Positions 61,093 through 64,000 of a stretch of 64,000 nt of DNA are shown piece by piece. Each line of letters opens with the position of its first letter. Within the stretch, counting starts at the first letter, position 1. Where the stretch lies: the NCBI GenBank assembly GCA_030295235.1, contig AP026124.1, positions 2,170,001 to 2,234,000 on the forward strand, written 5' to 3'. A model generated the notes under the pieces. That model searched no databases. It was given only the letters and a program-made list of their open reading frames with translations, and was not told the DNA's origin. The position numbers were made by a program, and so were the translations under genes. The DNA is from Fistulifera solaris. Lineage: Eukaryota.

Positions 61093-62277
61093 TTACTTTC
61101 GATCTAGGCAGGGGTCGCGCTCCCAGGAGGGCATTAGTTCATTCACAAAAAGTCGCGTGATGATACGGTGACATCCGGTGCATAGACAAAGTATTCTCGT
61201 ATCCATCGACTGGCGTTGACGGCCTGCTCCATCAGAATAGCGCGTAAATCTCGGAACTCATCATCGCAAATATCTATTTTCTTCAGCGACGTCTTTTCGA
61301 TTACTTGTGCGTCCGTATGTTTCTTCCCTGGCTTGAACCATATCATGGGCGGGATCTCCCTTTGTAATCCTAAGAAATGTTGCAAGTCCATACGAAAATG
61401 AGTTTCGTATTCCGGGTCACTCAGTTGTGAAACTTCATATAGTAATATCTGGCGATTGTTGGGTGGCAATGGTTTAACGGATCGGGGTAGCCATTGAGGC
61501 GCAACGTATTGCAGCTCTTCCTCAGTTCGATTTGTTTTTCCTAAGTTGATCAATGGTATATGAAAATTGGCTCGAAATGTGCAGAGATTAAAAATCCTTT
61601 TCGACATTTGCCGACCAGCTCATTCGGTGGGGGCATTTTGAATTCATTGTGAATACGAAAGTTATAAAAACTCTCAAACCTTTTCCGGGAACACGTGAGT
61701 GAGATGATTGGAAGCACCGATGATAAAGTTACGAGAGACTCACCATAAAACAGGATGTCGAATTCCGATCAAGAAACGAGTTGTGGGAAAGTATTTGAGA
61801 TAGTTTGGCATACCAAGCTGCGTTGATTCGACATCCATCGGACATTTCAAACCTCGTGCATAATCCCCGTCAGGAAACTCGTTGTACAGATCTCGGATGA
61901 GTCGGGCTTGTTTGTTAAAGGCCATATCACACCGCTCGTCGGAGAATATTTGCACTTCGGGGTGGTTTTGTAAGTGAAACATGAGGGTGCTTGTTCCGCA
62001 TTTCGGGAAGCCAATAATAGCGAAATTGAGTAGCCAGGAGGCATCACCGGTTACGTTGTAATCATTCACAAGCGACTCAAGGGGGAGGACGGGGGCGAGG
62101 CTCGCGATACACGAGCTCTAAACTTCTTTCCATTGCGTTCGATGGAGCCAAATAGGAAGTCGTGAGGTCTGAAGAAATGGGGCGTGTGTGCCAGTGTCCC
62201 AAGGCGATATTGATGAATGATAATATGAAGGCGGCGGTAGCTAAGAGCAAATACGGTAAGAAACTCCGTCTGATCAT
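61093..62277 (-). CDS. Type II membrane sulfotransferase-family protein (spliced and/or frameshifted)
   Basis: N-terminal TM, 5'-PSB loop FAIIGFPKCGTSTL, 3'-PB motif IGIRHPVLW|FESFYNFR with intron ~61743-61680. Confidence 0.75.
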
Positions 62278-62642
62278 CGTTTGTGTTTCGTGTTAGAACC
62301 TGTCGTCATGGTCGAGGTGGCGGTTTCATGAATTTTGCGTGCCATGGTCACAAATGTTTTTCTCCTTTTTTGATTGTGGCATTCGTGAATGCCACAGCTT
62401 GTCGTAGCGGTCTTTTGTCCGCATACCAGGTGTGCATCTTGTCCGTTGATCATATCGCGGACGAAAACGGTATCCGAATTCTCCAAATCAATGTACTTTC
62501 AACATTCTCAACGTTTACATTTTTCGGTAGAGTGCACCGATTTCGGCCTTTTAGCTTACGCAAAAACCCGAAAAGACATCCACCAAACGCAACAAGCCAC
62601 TTTTCCGGAAACGAGATCACCTCCACGCTTCAAGCTACCACG

Positions 62643-64000
62643 ATGCTTACTTTCTTCTTTTTTCTCATACTATCCGTCTCGCATGCACAACAAAATACTG
62701 AGAATATTAGGGAACTCATTGTTGGGGGCGAAGAAGCGAAAGAAGGGAGGTTTTCCTTCGCCGAGATTAGTTTGCAAATAAGGCGGTCCCATCAATGCGG
62801 CGGAACACTCATCGCCCCAGATATGATACTGACAGCCGCTCATTGTCAAAGCTGGATAGACACGGCACACATTCATCGCTACGACTTTAAAAACAGTGCG
62901 GATGTCTACATGGAAATGGATCCAGCATTCATTCATGTACATCCAGATTTCAATCCATCTACCTTCCAAGCTGATTTTTCCGTTGTGGGCTTGAGCAAGC
63001 CCGTACCGTCTGCGCAAATAGTAAGACTCAACACAGATGCAAGCGTTCCGTCTGCAAATGACCCCGTTGTTGTCATTGGGTGGGGTGCAATTAATATTAC
63101 CGATCCTTCTAACACAATCTACCCAAATCGACTCCAAAAAGCCCACATCAATTACATTACCAACGAAGATTGCGAAAAAGCAGAAGTACAAGGACAAGCG
63201 TTATACACCGGTGAAATATTTAGTAACATGCTGTGCGCTACCAGTCCTGGAGTCGACGCGTGTCGAGGTGACTCGGGAGGACCATTAATCGTGGAAGGTG
63301 CTGTCGAAGGTGAAGATGTGCAAGTAGGAATAGTGAGTTGGGGGAGAGGTTGCGCTCTTTTTCCGGGTGTTTACAGTCGTGTGAGTGATGGATATGACTG
63401 GATTCGAAAAGAGGTTTGTGCTTTTTCTGTGGATCCTCCCGCTTACATGAGGTGCCTCGACGAAGAGCGTGACTCAAAATTCTTGTCACCGGACACTATA
63501 GAGCAAAGTATTCCGAGTAAGGCACCCGTACTCCACCGATCCAGTGGTAGAGTGGATGTGGAAATTTCCATTCAATTGGATCTGCAAAGTCACGAAACGT
63601 CATGGACTTTGTCCGACAATGACGGCAACGTCTTGGTTCACGTGCCATATGGTGCCTATGACAGTTTCTCTGCTCAAACTATTGACTTTACTGTGCGAGT
63701 CGATGAAGGATCGGATTTATTTTTCGTCATAAAAGACGAGGCGTTTAATGGCATGAGTCGAGGGGTTTCTGGTTGGTATAAAATTTTTATTCTGTCCGAC
63801 CTCCAAAGAGTCGAAATAATTTCGGGCGATGGAGACTACGGGCGTGTCGCGTTTCATAGATTTACCGCCAGTCTATCATCGACTGTCGGGGATTGGGAAC
63901 AGTCAAGCAATCCAAGAGACGACAACGGTCCGGACGTCGTTTCTGGGACCCTTCTAGACATTTCAAGGGATCACACGAGTGGTACCTTTTTTCATACAAC
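62643..64000 (+). CDS. Secreted trypsin-like serine protease (S1A) with C-terminal extension; runs off the window and is absent from the ORF track
   Basis: Manual translation: signal peptide MLTFFFFLILSVSHA, IVGG, CGGTLI, LTAAHC, ADFSVV, DACRGDSGGP, GIVSWGRGC, PGVYSRV. Confidence 0.92.
   Translation, partial: MLTFFFFLILSVSHAQQNTENIRELIVGGEEAKEGRFSFAEISLQIRRSHQCGGTLIAPDMILTAAHCQSWIDTAHIHRYDFKNSADVYMEMDPAFIHVHPDFNPSTFQADFSVVGLSKPVPSAQIVRLNTDASVPSANDPVVVIGWGAINITDPSNTIYPNRLQKAHINYITNEDCEKAEVQGQALYTGEIFSNMLCATSPGVDACRGDSGGPLIVEGAVEGEDVQVGIVSWGRGCALFPGVYSRVSDGYDWIRKEVCAFSVDPPAYMRCLDEERDSKFLSPDTIEQSIPSKAPVLHRSSGRVDVEISIQLDLQSHETSWTLSDNDGNVLVHVPYGAYDSFSAQTIDFTVRVDEGSDLFFVIKDEAFNGMSRGVSGWYKIFILSDLQRVEIISGDGDYGRVAFHRFTASLSSTVGDWEQSSNPRDDNGPDVVSGTLLDISRDHTSGTFFHT

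Noticed and set aside
62670..63489. Minus-strand ORFs 62670-63197 and 63238-63489 as genes
   Set aside because: They overlap the plus-strand trypsin-like gene, which the ORF track missed because its stop lies outside the window.

Overview
Gene-dense eukaryotic nuclear DNA with short GT-AG introns, most likely from a raphid pennate diatom (fucoxanthin-chlorophyll LHC genes, bipartite plastid presequences, a CoDi-type copia element, diatom-type cyclin, kinase and HA-domain genes). It holds about 35 protein genes or gene remnants and one full-length Ty1/copia LTR retrotransposon (5792-12908, minus strand). The element has near-identical LTRs, a 5-bp TSD, non-canonical TG...GA ends and a half-tRNA-iMet type primer site. 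Most notable: a single-ORF fusion of fumarylacetoacetase with maleylacetoacetate isomerase (GST-zeta); a tail-to-tail pair of RING + GAF (RGQ/NLP-like) regulators with GTAC-rich upstream regions; three tandem Lhcf15-like (red-shifted antenna) genes, one intronless and one a nonsense pseudogene; a membrane-anchored putative 2H phosphoesterase; a pseudo-receiver protein; and a recurring intergenic palindrome GTACC(N)GGTAC. Many conserved genes carry 1-nt frameshifts, often in homopolymers, which points to unpolished assembly errors rather than biology. Family assignments come from motif recognition and memory, not database searches. I recognised no rRNA, tRNA or CRISPR features.
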